From an uncultured Tissierellaceae bacterium (GTDB taxonomy: Bacteria; Bacillota; Clostridia; Tissierellales; Tissierellaceae): DNA of 64,000 nt. Below the pieces are notes generated by a model. The model did no database searches, had not been told where the DNA came from, and worked only from the letters and a program-made list of their open reading frames with translations. Shown here piece after piece: positions 26,177 to 35,341 of this stretch. The position numbers and the translations under genes are program-made. The stretch's first letter is position 1, and each line of letters starts with the position of its first letter. Location of the stretch: NCBI GenBank assembly GCA_964519585.1, contig CAZFIO010000001.1, positions 234 through 64,233 on the forward strand. Direction: 5' to 3'.

Positions 26177-26842
26177 GTGGAGTTTTTGGGAGTTTTAGAA
26201 CTATTTATCAAGTATAGATATTATTATTTCATAGGAATAAGAAATACAATTTTATTATCACTTTTTGCTTTAATTATAGGTAGTGCATTAGGCTTTATCT
26301 TAAGCCTAATGAGACTATCTAAGAACAAGATATTGAAATTTTTTTCCACGGTTTACATTGAGGCAATCAGGGGAACCCCTATCCTAGTACAAATTTCCAT
26401 GGTTTACTTTGGTACCTATGCCCTCTTGGGACTGGATATAGATAAGTTTTTATCAGCCCTTATAGCAGTAGCCTTAAACAGTGCAGCCTATGTGGCTGAA
26501 ATCATAAGGTCAGGGATCCAGTCTATAGACAAGGGTCAAACAGAGGCCAGTAGAAGTTTAGGAATTTCTCAAAAGGATACTATGAGGCACATTATATTAC
26601 CCCAGGCGATTAAGAACATCTTACCCGCCTTGGGTAATGAGTTTGTAACCCTGATTAAGGAAACATCTGTAGCTTCAGTCATAGGTACAGCAGACTTGAT
26701 GTATTCTTCAAAAATAGTTACAAGTAAATCCATGGCACCCTTTACACCCTTGGTGGTCATAGCCATAATCTACTTTATACTCACTTTTACCATATCCCAA
26801 CTTGTAGGACATTTTGAAAGGAGAATGGCTCATGATGATTAA
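26177..26842 (+). CDS. Amino-acid ABC transporter permease (HisM/GlnP type)
   Basis: GTG start 8 nt after AAGGAG. EAA-loop region [35 protein letters not shown]. Confidence 0.85.
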   Translation: MEFLGVLELFIKYRYYYFIGIRNTILLSLFALIIGSALGFILSLMRLSKNKILKFFSTVYIEAIRGTPILVQISMVYFGTYALLGLDIDKFLSALIAVALNSAAYVAEIIRSGIQSIDKGQTEASRSLGISQKDTMRHIILPQAIKNILPALGNEFVTLIKETSVASVIGTADLMYSSKIVTSKSMAPFTPLVVIAIIYFILTFTISQLVGHFERRMAHDD

Positions 26843-27563
26843 GATTGAAGGGTTAAACAAGTTTTTTGGAGATAAGCATGTATTAAAAGATATAGACCTT
26901 GATATAAAGGAAGGGGAGGTTATCGGACTCATAGGACCTTCTGGTTCTGGTAAGTCTACCTTGATTCGAAGTATAAATCTTTTGGAAGAACCTACATCAG
27001 GTAAGATTTATTTTAAGGGAGAATTATTAGATAAGACATCTAAAAAAATAGATGAGGTAAGACAGGAAATAGGCATGGTATTTCAACACTTCCACTTATT
27101 TCCCCATAAAACTGTATTGGATAATATAACCTTTGCCCCTATAACAACGGGTAAGTTAAAAAAGGATCAGGCAGAAAAAAAGGCAATAGAACTTCTTGGG
27201 GCTATGGATTTACTAGACAAAAAAGATGCCTATCCCAACTCCCTATCAGGGGGACAGAAACAAAGGGTGGCCATAGCCAGGGCCTTGGCAATGGATCCTG
27301 AACTTATGCTCTTTGACGAAGTAACATCAGCTCTAGACCCCGAAATGGTGGGGGAGGTTTTAAATGTAATGAAAAACCTTGCCAAAAGTGGTATGACTAT
27401 GGTTATAGTTACCCATGAAATGGCCTTTGCCAAGCAGGTAGCATCAAGGGTTATCTTTATGTCAGATGGAGAAATAGTAGAGGAAAATGAGGCGGTAGAA
27501 TTATTTGAAAACCCACAAAGAGAAAGAACCAAGGACTTCCTGTCCAAGGTATTGGAATACTAG
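26832..27563 (+). CDS. Amino-acid ABC transporter ATP-binding protein
   Basis: Walker [10 protein letters not shown], signature [15 protein letters not shown], Walker B LMLFDE. Start set at ATG 26832 after GGAG. Overlaps the permease stop codon by 11 nt. Confidence 0.9.
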   Translation: MMIKIEGLNKFFGDKHVLKDIDLDIKEGEVIGLIGPSGSGKSTLIRSINLLEEPTSGKIYFKGELLDKTSKKIDEVRQEIGMVFQHFHLFPHKTVLDNITFAPITTGKLKKDQAEKKAIELLGAMDLLDKKDAYPNSLSGGQKQRVAIARALAMDPELMLFDEVTSALDPEMVGEVLNVMKNLAKSGMTMVIVTHEMAFAKQVASRVIFMSDGEIVEENEAVELFENPQRERTKDFLSKVLEY

Positions 27564-27582
27564 TGAACCAGAGGGGAATAAT

Positions 27583-28560
27583 ATGATTAGATTAAAAGAC
27601 ATTGAAGCAGCCCACAATCGAATAGAGAAATATATTTATCATACCCCTTTAGAAAAGTCTATGGAATTAAGTATAGGGGACGGAAATGTGTTCTTAAAAC
27701 TGGAAAACCAACAGAAGACTGGGGCATATAAATTAAGAGGGGCCTTAAGTAAGCTTACTAGTCTTACAGAGGAAGAATTAGTCAAGGGTATAGGAGCCAT
27801 ATCCTCAGGTAACCATGGGGCAGCAGTTTCCTATGGGGCTAATTTATTGGGGATAAAGAGTCCGCATATATTTGTACCAGAAATAACTCCCAAGAGTAAA
27901 ATACAGAAGATTAACTATTATGGTGGCAATGTAATTAAATTAGGGAAAAACTATGATGAAGTCCACCAAGAAGGAATGAAAATGATTAAGGAAAATGACT
28001 ATAGTTTTATTGACCCCTGCTCAGATGAAGTAGTTATAGCTGGGCAAGGGTCTATTGCCTTGGAAATACTAGAAGAAAATCCCCAGATAGATACTATACT
28101 TGTTCCCATTGGTGGTGGAGGAATAATAACTGGTGTATCTATAGCAGCAAAAGCTATAAATCCTAAGATAAAGATTATAGGAGTCCAGACGGCAGCCTGT
28201 CCAGCAATGTTAGCATCTTTAAGAGACCAAGTCTTTTATGAATCCTATGAAAGTCAAGAATCTATCTGCGATGCCTTGGTTGGTGGGGTGGGCTATATAC
28301 CCTACAGCCTAGCTAGTGAGACCATAGATGATATAATCCTAGTTGAAGAGGAAGATATAAGAAGGGCAGTAAAACATCTCTTACTTAAAGAAAAAACTGT
28401 AGCAGAACCAGCTGGGGCTATTGGTGTAGGAGCCTTACTTTCAAACCCCAAATTTATTAAGGGCAAAAGTGTGGCAGTTGTTATAACAGGTGGCAATATA
28501 GATGAAGAATTGTTAAAAGAGATAGTTGGGGAAGCGAAAAGTTTAAAGCTAAGAGCGTAA
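27583..28560 (+). CDS. PLP-dependent threonine/serine dehydratase-family enzyme (tryptophan-synthase-beta fold)
   Basis: PLP-lysine context QQKTGAYKLRGA, plus SSGNHGAAVSYGA and the glycine loop PIGGGGIITG. Start moved to ATG 27583 (MIRLKDIEAAH) after GAGGGG. Confidence 0.8.
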   Translation: MIRLKDIEAAHNRIEKYIYHTPLEKSMELSIGDGNVFLKLENQQKTGAYKLRGALSKLTSLTEEELVKGIGAISSGNHGAAVSYGANLLGIKSPHIFVPEITPKSKIQKINYYGGNVIKLGKNYDEVHQEGMKMIKENDYSFIDPCSDEVVIAGQGSIALEILEENPQIDTILVPIGGGGIITGVSIAAKAINPKIKIIGVQTAACPAMLASLRDQVFYESYESQESICDALVGGVGYIPYSLASETIDDIILVEEEDIRRAVKHLLLKEKTVAEPAGAIGVGALLSNPKFIKGKSVAVVITGGNIDEELLKEIVGEAKSLKLRA

Positions 28561-28603
28561 AGCGGAAAGCGTAAAGTGTAAAGAAAAAGGCATAAAGTCT
28601 AAG
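28534..28603 (+). repeat. Ten consecutive 7-nt units G(C/T)NNAAA (A-rich heptad tract)
   Basis: gcgaaaa gtttaaa gctaaga gcgtaaa gcggaaa gcgtaaa gtgtaaa gaaaaag gcataaa gtctaag. The tract spans the stop codon of the PLP-enzyme gene. Confidence 0.7.
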
Positions 28604-28790
28604 ATATAGGATTAAAAGAAAAGTTTATTACTAATGAAGCTTTGAGCCTATATGGAGTATACATAAGACATGTATAAAAGGATGTTGGTTCTATATACAA
28701 CTCACATTCTTTTTTAATTTATCAAACTTGATATAAGCTTCTAGGTCGTATATCATGTATCTAAAGAATATTAAAACAGGGGGCGATAGG

Positions 28791-29711
28791 ATGAGTAAAA
28801 ATATTATAAATCTTCCAGGGGATAAGGTTATATATAAGTTTGAACCCAAGATGGAGCCAGTAATCACAGTTTCACCTGGAGATACAATTAAGGTAGATAG
28901 TAACGATTGTTTTTTTCAGCAAATTTTTGATGAAAGCCATACAATAGAGGGCCTGGATTTTGATAGGGTAAACCCTGCCACTGGACCAATATATGTAGAG
29001 GGAGCAAAGCCAGGAGATCTGCTAAAGGTTAAAATAGTCAGTATAGATGTAAAGGAAAAGGGAGTTGCAGCTACCATTCCAGGTGGAGGTTTATTGGGCG
29101 ACCAGGTTAAGGAGTCAGTTGTAAGAATTATAGATGTAAAAGACGGTTTTGCCCATTATCAGGGAGTAAAACTACCTATAAAACCAATGATTGGGGTAAT
29201 AGGAGTGGCACCTGCCGATGAAGATGGGGCATGGCCCACTGATACCCCTTGGAAGCATGGGGGCAATATGGATACTACAGATATAAGGCCGGGATCAACT
29301 CTATATTTCCCGGTATATCAAGAAGGAGCCCTTCTTGCCCTAGGTGATTGTCATGCGGCCATGGCTGATGGAGAGATTTGCTTTACTGGTTTGGAGATAG
29401 CTGCAGATGTGGTGATAGAAGTAGATGTAATTAAGGGTAAAACAGCAAAATGGCCCCTAATAGAAACAGAAGAATATACTGCTATTAATGCATCTGGGGA
29501 TGATTTACAAATGGCAACTTATGAGGCAGCCAATCAAGCAGTAAACCATATAAAAAACACCCTGGATATTCAGTGGGAAGATGCCTATATAATGGGGAGC
29601 TTAGCAGTAGATATGAAAATATCCCAAGTAGTAGACCCAAAAGTTACAGTAAGAGCAACAATTCCAAAACATATAATTTCAACAGAAGACTTAATAGAAA
29701 AGTCCTGTTAA
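28791..29711 (+). CDS. Acetamidase/formamidase-family protein
   Basis: N-terminal pattern EPVITVSPGDTIKVDSNDCF...NPATGPIYVEGAKPGDLLKVKI and GDCHAAMADGE are typical of the FmdA/AmdA family. Start set at ATG 28791 after GGGGG. Confidence 0.7.
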   Translation: MSKNIINLPGDKVIYKFEPKMEPVITVSPGDTIKVDSNDCFFQQIFDESHTIEGLDFDRVNPATGPIYVEGAKPGDLLKVKIVSIDVKEKGVAATIPGGGLLGDQVKESVVRIIDVKDGFAHYQGVKLPIKPMIGVIGVAPADEDGAWPTDTPWKHGGNMDTTDIRPGSTLYFPVYQEGALLALGDCHAAMADGEICFTGLEIAADVVIEVDVIKGKTAKWPLIETEEYTAINASGDDLQMATYEAANQAVNHIKNTLDIQWEDAYIMGSLAVDMKISQVVDPKVTVRATIPKHIISTEDLIEKSC

Positions 29712-29735
29712 AAAAAGCCCCTAGGGGCTTTTTTC
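29710..29735. terminator. Bidirectional terminator between convergent genes
   Basis: AAAAAAA-GCCCC-ta-GGGGC-TTTTTT. Confidence 0.8.
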
Positions 29736-30169
29736 TATAAATCCTTCATCATATCTACATGGGGGATGGTTCTATAATCATAGGCTTGACCAATAGTTTC
29801 ATAGCCAAGCTTATGGTAAAATTCTTCAACAATAGTCCTACCCATAAGATATACTTTCTTATAACCTTGTTTTCTAGCCAGGTCTTCAGCAAAGTCCATA
29901 AGATATTTCCCTAGACCCTTGCCACGGAAGTCTTCATATATGGCAACATTCCTAATCCTAACTACACCTTCTTCATGGTCTGTAAGAAAAACTGTTCCAA
30001 TTAATTTACCGTCTAAATAGGCTCCATAGATGTCCATTTCCTTATCAGGGCTTAAATCATCATCCTTAATATCCAAGCCCCAGGGCTTACGGAAGACCTC
30101 ATTCCTAAGGACAATGGTATCCTCATACTCCTCAGATCCATAAATAATTTTTTTCATAACAAGATCCAT
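29735..30169 (-). CDS. GNAT-family N-acetyltransferase
   Basis: Acetyl-CoA motif FRGKGLGKYLM. About 144 aa. Lies 13 nt downstream of the zinc-ribbon gene on the same strand. Confidence 0.8.
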   Translation of the reverse strand: MDLVMKKIIYGSEEYEDTIVLRNEVFRKPWGLDIKDDDLSPDKEMDIYGAYLDGKLIGTVFLTDHEEGVVRIRNVAIYEDFRGKGLGKYLMDFAEDLARKQGYKKVYLMGRTIVEEFYHKLGYETIGQAYDYRTIPHVDMMKDL

Positions 30170-30182
30170 AAAATCACCTCAT

Positions 30183-30575
30183 TTATGTATTTTTTATAGT
30201 TGTATTTTTACATTTGGGACATGTAACTTTAATCTTACCTTTACCCCTAGGAACCCTGATTTTTTGCCCGCAAAAGCTGCACTTAAAGTACTTAAAATGC
30301 TTTCTATTCTTTATCTTCGCTATTTGACTACTAAATTTATTTTTGATAGGATTCCATAGTTTCATAAATTTTATATTTTCTAAATACCTCTTGTTTATAT
30401 CCCTTGAGAAAATCCTGAAGTATGTATAAATCAGCATGATAAAAAAGCTTAGCTGTATAGTCTTGTAGGGAAAGAACCTATAAACAATAGCTAGGACAAT
30501 ACCAATTATAAGTTGAGCAATGGAAAGCTGGTCTACACCATATCTTCCTGCCATAAGTCTTCTAAACCAATTCAA
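30183..30575 (-). CDS. Small membrane protein with a C-terminal zinc-ribbon
   Basis: TTG start 7 nt after GGGGGGTG. Two N-terminal TM helices. CSFCGQKIRVPRGKGKIKVTCPKC (CxxC...CxxC). Confidence 0.55.
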   Translation of the reverse strand: MNWFRRLMAGRYGVDQLSIAQLIIGIVLAIVYRFFPYKTIQLSFFIMLIYTYFRIFSRDINKRYLENIKFMKLWNPIKNKFSSQIAKIKNRKHFKYFKCSFCGQKIRVPRGKGKIKVTCPKCKNTTIKNT

Positions 30576-30585
30576 AAAATCACCC

Positions 30586-30922
30586 CCCGATGAACAATAG
30601 TCAAACGGTAGTCAAACAGTTGCTATGTTTGGGTCTAGCTTGTGGGTCTTAATATACAAATTACAAGATTATTCGTTAATTTCCAGACTAAATTCGAAGC
30701 AGAAGCTTTAAAGATTTTTGACCCTAGGCCTGATGTTAAAACCTTTAAAGAATGACTAATCACCAGATAGTTAAACAATAGTCAAACGGTGAATAATGCA
30801 GAAGTAGGGGCCTAGCTTTTCTTGCCCAATATTTTCAAGCCAGATCCAAAACAATAGCATAGTGTGGAAGGGCACAGAGGCACCTTCCCTACAACCTTTG
30901 CTAGACAATTGCTTAGCTATTG
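30586..30922. repeat. Intergenic repeat family, copy C (two partial elements in opposite orientation)
   Basis: 30586-30650 holds blocks b7 and b5 on the minus strand. 30804-30922 holds b1 (GTAGGGGCCTAGCTTTTCTTGCCC), b3, an inverted b4 and b6 (CAATTGCTTAGCTATTG) on the plus strand. An extra TTGAC/TTAAC pair lies at 30764-30785. Confidence 0.65.
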
Positions 30923-30923
30923 T

Positions 30924-31709
30924 TTACATAGAATCATAATCTATAGCTATCCTTATCCTATCCCCAGACTTTTCATACTTAATAGGGTAGGGTACGAAAT
31001 CCTTGAGATTTTCCTGACTTAGCATCTCTTCTGTTTGACCAGATGAATAAACCCTTCCTTCCTTTAAAAGTAGTGTATGGCCAAAGCTAGGTAGGATCTC
31101 CTCGGTATTATGGGTTACATAAATTAAAGTAGGTGCATTTTTATCATTGGACAAATCCCTAATTATAGATAAGAGCTGCTCCCTAGCAATTATATCTAGA
31201 CCACTACAAGGCTCATCTAGAATTAACAATTTTGGCTCTGCCATAAGGGCCCTAGCAATTAAGACCCTTTGTTTTTCACCCTGGGAAAGAGTTCCATATT
31301 TCCTTTCTGATAGGTGCAAGGCATCAAGCTTATTTAAACAGGCATTGGCATGAACAGAATCCTCTTTTGAGATTTCATCATATAAATCAGTTGTGGCAAA
31401 TTTACCACTTATAACTATATCAATTACTTCACTTAAGGGATGGAGTTTTTCCTCCATAGCTGCACTAACCCAGCCAATGGACTTTCTAAGCTTTCTCATA
31501 TCATAGTGGCCAAGAGTTTTCCCCAGCACCCTAACCTCCCCTTCAGAAGGGAAGATATATCCATTAATCATATTTAGAAGCATGGTTTTTCCAGCCCCAT
31601 TCAGACCGAAAACTGCCCAGTGTTCGCCTTTTTTTATGGACCAATTCACATCTTTTAATATGTATTTATAATTTCTTAGTATAGATACATTGTTTAGTTC
31701 AACTATCAT
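30924..31709 (-). CDS. Orphan ABC-transporter ATP-binding protein (no permease gene adjacent)
   Basis: Walker A GLNGAGKT, signature LSQGEKQRVLIARAL, Walker B LLILDEP. Start set at the ATG (MIVELNNV) after AGGAGTGG. Confidence 0.85.
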   Translation of the reverse strand: MIVELNNVSILRNYKYILKDVNWSIKKGEHWAVFGLNGAGKTMLLNMINGYIFPSEGEVRVLGKTLGHYDMRKLRKSIGWVSAAMEEKLHPLSEVIDIVISGKFATTDLYDEISKEDSVHANACLNKLDALHLSERKYGTLSQGEKQRVLIARALMAEPKLLILDEPCSGLDIIAREQLLSIIRDLSNDKNAPTLIYVTHNTEEILPSFGHTLLLKEGRVYSSGQTEEMLSQENLKDFVPYPIKYEKSGDRIRIAIDYDSM

Positions 31710-31843
31710 AGACACCACTCCTAGTATTTAAATTATCAGGTATATAGCAGATAAAAGCATGATTATAATCAACCATATTCTATACTATATCATAAAATTC
31801 CCAATAATAAAGTTTGAAATATCAGATAATTTTTAAAAAGTAC

Positions 31844-31873
31844 TTGACATTTTATTTGTCCTAGATATATAAT
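31844..31873 (+). promoter_or_regulatory. Near-consensus sigma-A promoter pointing into the palindrome centre
   Basis: TTGACA (31844-31849), 18 nt, TATAAT (31868-31873). It is divergent from the ABC ATPase gene. Its transcript is cut off by the symmetry point about 57 nt downstream. Confidence 0.6.
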
Positions 31874-32001
31874 AGCTTCTAATAAGAAAAATATGAAAAT
31901 CAAATGCACTGAAAAAGAGAAAGATATCAAAAATCTATAGATTTTTGATATCTTTCTCTTTTTCAGTGCATTTGATTTTCATATTTTTCTTATTAGAAGC
32001 T

Positions 32002-32031
32002 ATTATATATCTAGGACAAATAAAATGTCAA
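32002..32031 (-). promoter_or_regulatory. Mirror copy of the centre-directed promoter
   Basis: Mirror of 31844..31873. Confidence 0.6.
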
Positions 32032-32165
32032 GTACTTTTTAAAAATTATCTGATATTTCAAACTTTATTATTGGGAATTTTATGATATAGTATAGAATAT
32101 GGTTGATTATAATCATGCTTTTATCTGCTATATACCTGATAATTTAAATACTAGGAGTGGTGTCT

Positions 32166-32951
32166 ATGATAGTTGAACTAAACAATGTATCTATACTAAG
32201 AAATTATAAATACATATTAAAAGATGTGAATTGGTCCATAAAAAAAGGCGAACACTGGGCAGTTTTCGGTCTGAATGGGGCTGGAAAAACCATGCTTCTA
32301 AATATGATTAATGGATATATCTTCCCTTCTGAAGGGGAGGTTAGGGTGCTGGGGAAAACTCTTGGCCACTATGATATGAGAAAGCTTAGAAAGTCCATTG
32401 GCTGGGTTAGTGCAGCTATGGAGGAAAAACTCCATCCCTTAAGTGAAGTAATTGATATAGTTATAAGTGGTAAATTTGCCACAACTGATTTATATGATGA
32501 AATCTCAAAAGAGGATTCTGTTCATGCCAATGCCTGTTTAAATAAGCTTGATGCCTTGCACCTATCAGAAAGGAAATATGGAACTCTTTCCCAGGGTGAA
32601 AAACAAAGGGTCTTAATTGCTAGGGCCCTTATGGCAGAGCCAAAATTGTTAATTCTAGATGAGCCTTGTAGTGGTCTAGATATAATTGCTAGGGAGCAGC
32701 TCTTATCTATAATTAGGGATTTGTCCAATGATAAAAATGCACCTACTTTAATTTATGTAACCCATAATACCGAGGAGATCCTACCTAGCTTTGGCCATAC
32801 ACTACTTTTAAAGGAAGGAAGGGTTTATTCATCTGGTCAAACAGAAGAGATGCTAAGTCAGGAAAATCTCAAGGATTTCGTACCCTACCCTATTAAGTAT
32901 GAAAAGTCTGGGGATAGGATAAGGATAGCTATAGATTATGATTCTATGTAA
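32166..32951 (+). CDS. Orphan ABC-transporter ATP-binding protein (mirror copy)
   Basis: Mirror of 30924..31709; identical translation. Confidence 0.85.
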   Translation: MIVELNNVSILRNYKYILKDVNWSIKKGEHWAVFGLNGAGKTMLLNMINGYIFPSEGEVRVLGKTLGHYDMRKLRKSIGWVSAAMEEKLHPLSEVIDIVISGKFATTDLYDEISKEDSVHANACLNKLDALHLSERKYGTLSQGEKQRVLIARALMAEPKLLILDEPCSGLDIIAREQLLSIIRDLSNDKNAPTLIYVTHNTEEILPSFGHTLLLKEGRVYSSGQTEEMLSQENLKDFVPYPIKYEKSGDRIRIAIDYDSM

Positions 32952-32952
32952 A

Positions 32953-33289
32953 CAATAGCTAAGCAATTGTCTAGCAAAGGTTGTAGGGAAGGTGCCTCTG
33001 TGCCCTTCCACACTATGCTATTGTTTTGGATCTGGCTTGAAAATATTGGGCAAGAAAAGCTAGGCCCCTACTTCTGCATTATTCACCGTTTGACTATTGT
33101 TTAACTATCTGGTGATTAGTCATTCTTTAAAGGTTTTAACATCAGGCCTAGGGTCAAAAATCTTTAAAGCTTCTGCTTCGAATTTAGTCTGGAAATTAAC
33201 GAATAATCTTGTAATTTGTATATTAAGACCCACAAGCTAGACCCAAACATAGCAACTGTTTGACTACCGTTTGACTATTGTTCATCGGG
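32953..33289. repeat. Intergenic repeat family copy C (mirror)
   Basis: Mirror of 30586..30922. Confidence 0.65.
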
Positions 33290-33299
33290 GGGTGATTTT

Positions 33300-33692
33300 T
33301 TGAATTGGTTTAGAAGACTTATGGCAGGAAGATATGGTGTAGACCAGCTTTCCATTGCTCAACTTATAATTGGTATTGTCCTAGCTATTGTTTATAGGTT
33401 CTTTCCCTACAAGACTATACAGCTAAGCTTTTTTATCATGCTGATTTATACATACTTCAGGATTTTCTCAAGGGATATAAACAAGAGGTATTTAGAAAAT
33501 ATAAAATTTATGAAACTATGGAATCCTATCAAAAATAAATTTAGTAGTCAAATAGCGAAGATAAAGAATAGAAAGCATTTTAAGTACTTTAAGTGCAGCT
33601 TTTGCGGGCAAAAAATCAGGGTTCCTAGGGGTAAAGGTAAGATTAAAGTTACATGTCCCAAATGTAAAAATACAACTATAAAAAATACATAA
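33300..33692 (+). CDS. Zinc-ribbon membrane protein (mirror copy)
   Basis: Mirror of 30183..30575; identical translation. Confidence 0.55.
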   Translation: MNWFRRLMAGRYGVDQLSIAQLIIGIVLAIVYRFFPYKTIQLSFFIMLIYTYFRIFSRDINKRYLENIKFMKLWNPIKNKFSSQIAKIKNRKHFKYFKCSFCGQKIRVPRGKGKIKVTCPKCKNTTIKNT

Positions 33693-33705
33693 ATGAGGTG
33701 ATTTT

Positions 33706-34140
33706 ATGGATCTTGTTATGAAAAAAATTATTTATGGATCTGAGGAGTATGAGGATACCATTGTCCTTAGGAATGAGGTCTTCCGTAAGCCCTGGGGCTT
33801 GGATATTAAGGATGATGATTTAAGCCCTGATAAGGAAATGGACATCTATGGAGCCTATTTAGACGGTAAATTAATTGGAACAGTTTTTCTTACAGACCAT
33901 GAAGAAGGTGTAGTTAGGATTAGGAATGTTGCCATATATGAAGACTTCCGTGGCAAGGGTCTAGGGAAATATCTTATGGACTTTGCTGAAGACCTGGCTA
34001 GAAAACAAGGTTATAAGAAAGTATATCTTATGGGTAGGACTATTGTTGAAGAATTTTACCATAAGCTTGGCTATGAAACTATTGGTCAAGCCTATGATTA
34101 TAGAACCATCCCCCATGTAGATATGATGAAGGATTTATAG
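33706..34140 (+). CDS. GNAT-family N-acetyltransferase (mirror copy)
   Basis: Mirror of 29735..30169. Confidence 0.8.
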   Translation: MDLVMKKIIYGSEEYEDTIVLRNEVFRKPWGLDIKDDDLSPDKEMDIYGAYLDGKLIGTVFLTDHEEGVVRIRNVAIYEDFRGKGLGKYLMDFAEDLARKQGYKKVYLMGRTIVEEFYHKLGYETIGQAYDYRTIPHVDMMKDL

Positions 34141-34165
34141 AAAAAAGCCCCTAGGGGCTTTTTTT
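34140..34165. terminator. Bidirectional terminator (mirror)
   Basis: Mirror of 29710..29735. Confidence 0.8.
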
Positions 34166-35084
34166 AACAGGACTTTTCTATTAAGTCTTCTGTTGAAATT
34201 ATATGTTTTGGAATTGTTGCTCTTACTGTAACTTTTGGGTCTACTACTTGGGATATTTTCATATCTACTGCTAAGCTCCCCATTATATAGGCATCTTCCC
34301 ACTGAATATCCAGGGTGTTTTTTATATGGTTTACTGCTTGATTGGCTGCCTCATAAGTTGCCATTTGTAAATCATCCCCAGATGCATTAATAGCAGTATA
34401 TTCTTCTGTTTCTATTAGGGGCCATTTTGCTGTTTTACCCTTAATTACATCTACTTCTATCACCACATCTGCAGCTATCTCCAAACCAGTAAAGCAAATC
34501 TCTCCATCAGCCATGGCCGCATGACAATCACCTAGGGCAAGAAGGGCTCCTTCTTGATATACCGGGAAATATAGAGTTGATCCCGGCCTTATATCTGTAG
34601 TATCCATATTGCCCCCATGCTTCCAAGGGGTATCAGTGGGCCATGCCCCATCTTCATCGGCAGGTGCCACTCCTATTACCCCAATCATTGGTTTTATAGG
34701 TAGTTTTACTCCCTGATAATGGGCAAAACCGTCTTTTACATCTATAATTCTTACAACTGACTCCTTAACCTGGTCGCCCAATAAACCTCCACCTGGAATG
34801 GTAGCTGCAACTCCCTTTTCCTTTACATCTATACTGACTATTTTAACCTTTAGCAGATCTCCTGGCTTTGCTCCCTCTACATATATTGGTCCAGTGGCAG
34901 GGTTTACCCTATCAAAATCCAGGCCCTCTATTGTATGGCTTTCATCAAAAATTTGCTGAAAAAAACAATCGTTACTATCTACCTTAATTGTATCTCCAGG
35001 TGAAACTGTGATTACTGGCTCCATCTTGGGTTCAAACTTATATATAACCTTATCCCCTGGAAGATTTATAATATTTTTACTCAT
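34164..35084 (-). CDS. Acetamidase/formamidase-family protein (mirror copy)
   Basis: Mirror of 28791..29711. Confidence 0.7.
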   Translation of the reverse strand: MSKNIINLPGDKVIYKFEPKMEPVITVSPGDTIKVDSNDCFFQQIFDESHTIEGLDFDRVNPATGPIYVEGAKPGDLLKVKIVSIDVKEKGVAATIPGGGLLGDQVKESVVRIIDVKDGFAHYQGVKLPIKPMIGVIGVAPADEDGAWPTDTPWKHGGNMDTTDIRPGSTLYFPVYQEGALLALGDCHAAMADGEICFTGLEIAADVVIEVDVIKGKTAKWPLIETEEYTAINASGDDLQMATYEAANQAVNHIKNTLDIQWEDAYIMGSLAVDMKISQVVDPKVTVRATIPKHIISTEDLIEKSC

Positions 35085-35271
35085 CCTATCGCCCCCTGTT
35101 TTAATATTCTTTAGATACATGATATACGACCTAGAAGCTTATATCAAGTTTGATAAATTAAAAAAGAATGTGAGTTGTATATAGAACCAACATCCTTTTA
35201 TACATGTCTTATGTATACTCCATATAGGCTCAAAGCTTCATTAGTAATAAACTTTTCTTTTAATCCTATAT

Positions 35272-35341
35272 CTTAGACTTTATGCCTTTTTCTTTACACT
35301 TTACGCTTTCCGCTTTACGCTCTTAGCTTTAAACTTTTCGC
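35272..35341 (-). repeat. 7-nt periodic tract (mirror)
   Basis: Mirror of 28534..28603. Confidence 0.7.

Larger units (their letters stand above)
1..31937. repeat. Left arm of a perfect, spacer-less inverted duplication (giant palindrome); base x pairs with base 63875-x
   Basis: Every ORF in the track has a mirror partner of identical length and translation (e.g. 568..957+ and 62918..63307-). Nucleotides checked by eye at the centre (aaaaatcta|tagattttt), at 1-10 vs 63865-63874 and at 12361-12400 vs 51475-51514 are exact complements. Confidence 0.97.

Noticed and set aside
31893-31940. A 15-codon ORF (MKIKCTEKEKDIKNL) running into the palindrome centre.
   Set aside because: It has no SD, and its stop codon is supplied by the mirrored arm. 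It is a by-product of the fold-back junction.
31900-31975. The palindrome centre as a hairpin-telomere or head-to-head dimer junction of a linear plasmid or phage (N15/Borrelia type).
   Set aside because: The arms carry housekeeping genes (murI, plsY, pepF, fni, a DEAD-box helicase). There is no telomere resolvase and there are no replication, partition or phage genes. The centre has no nested repeat structure beyond the global symmetry and interrupts a promoter-proximal leader. A fold-back artefact is the simpler explanation.
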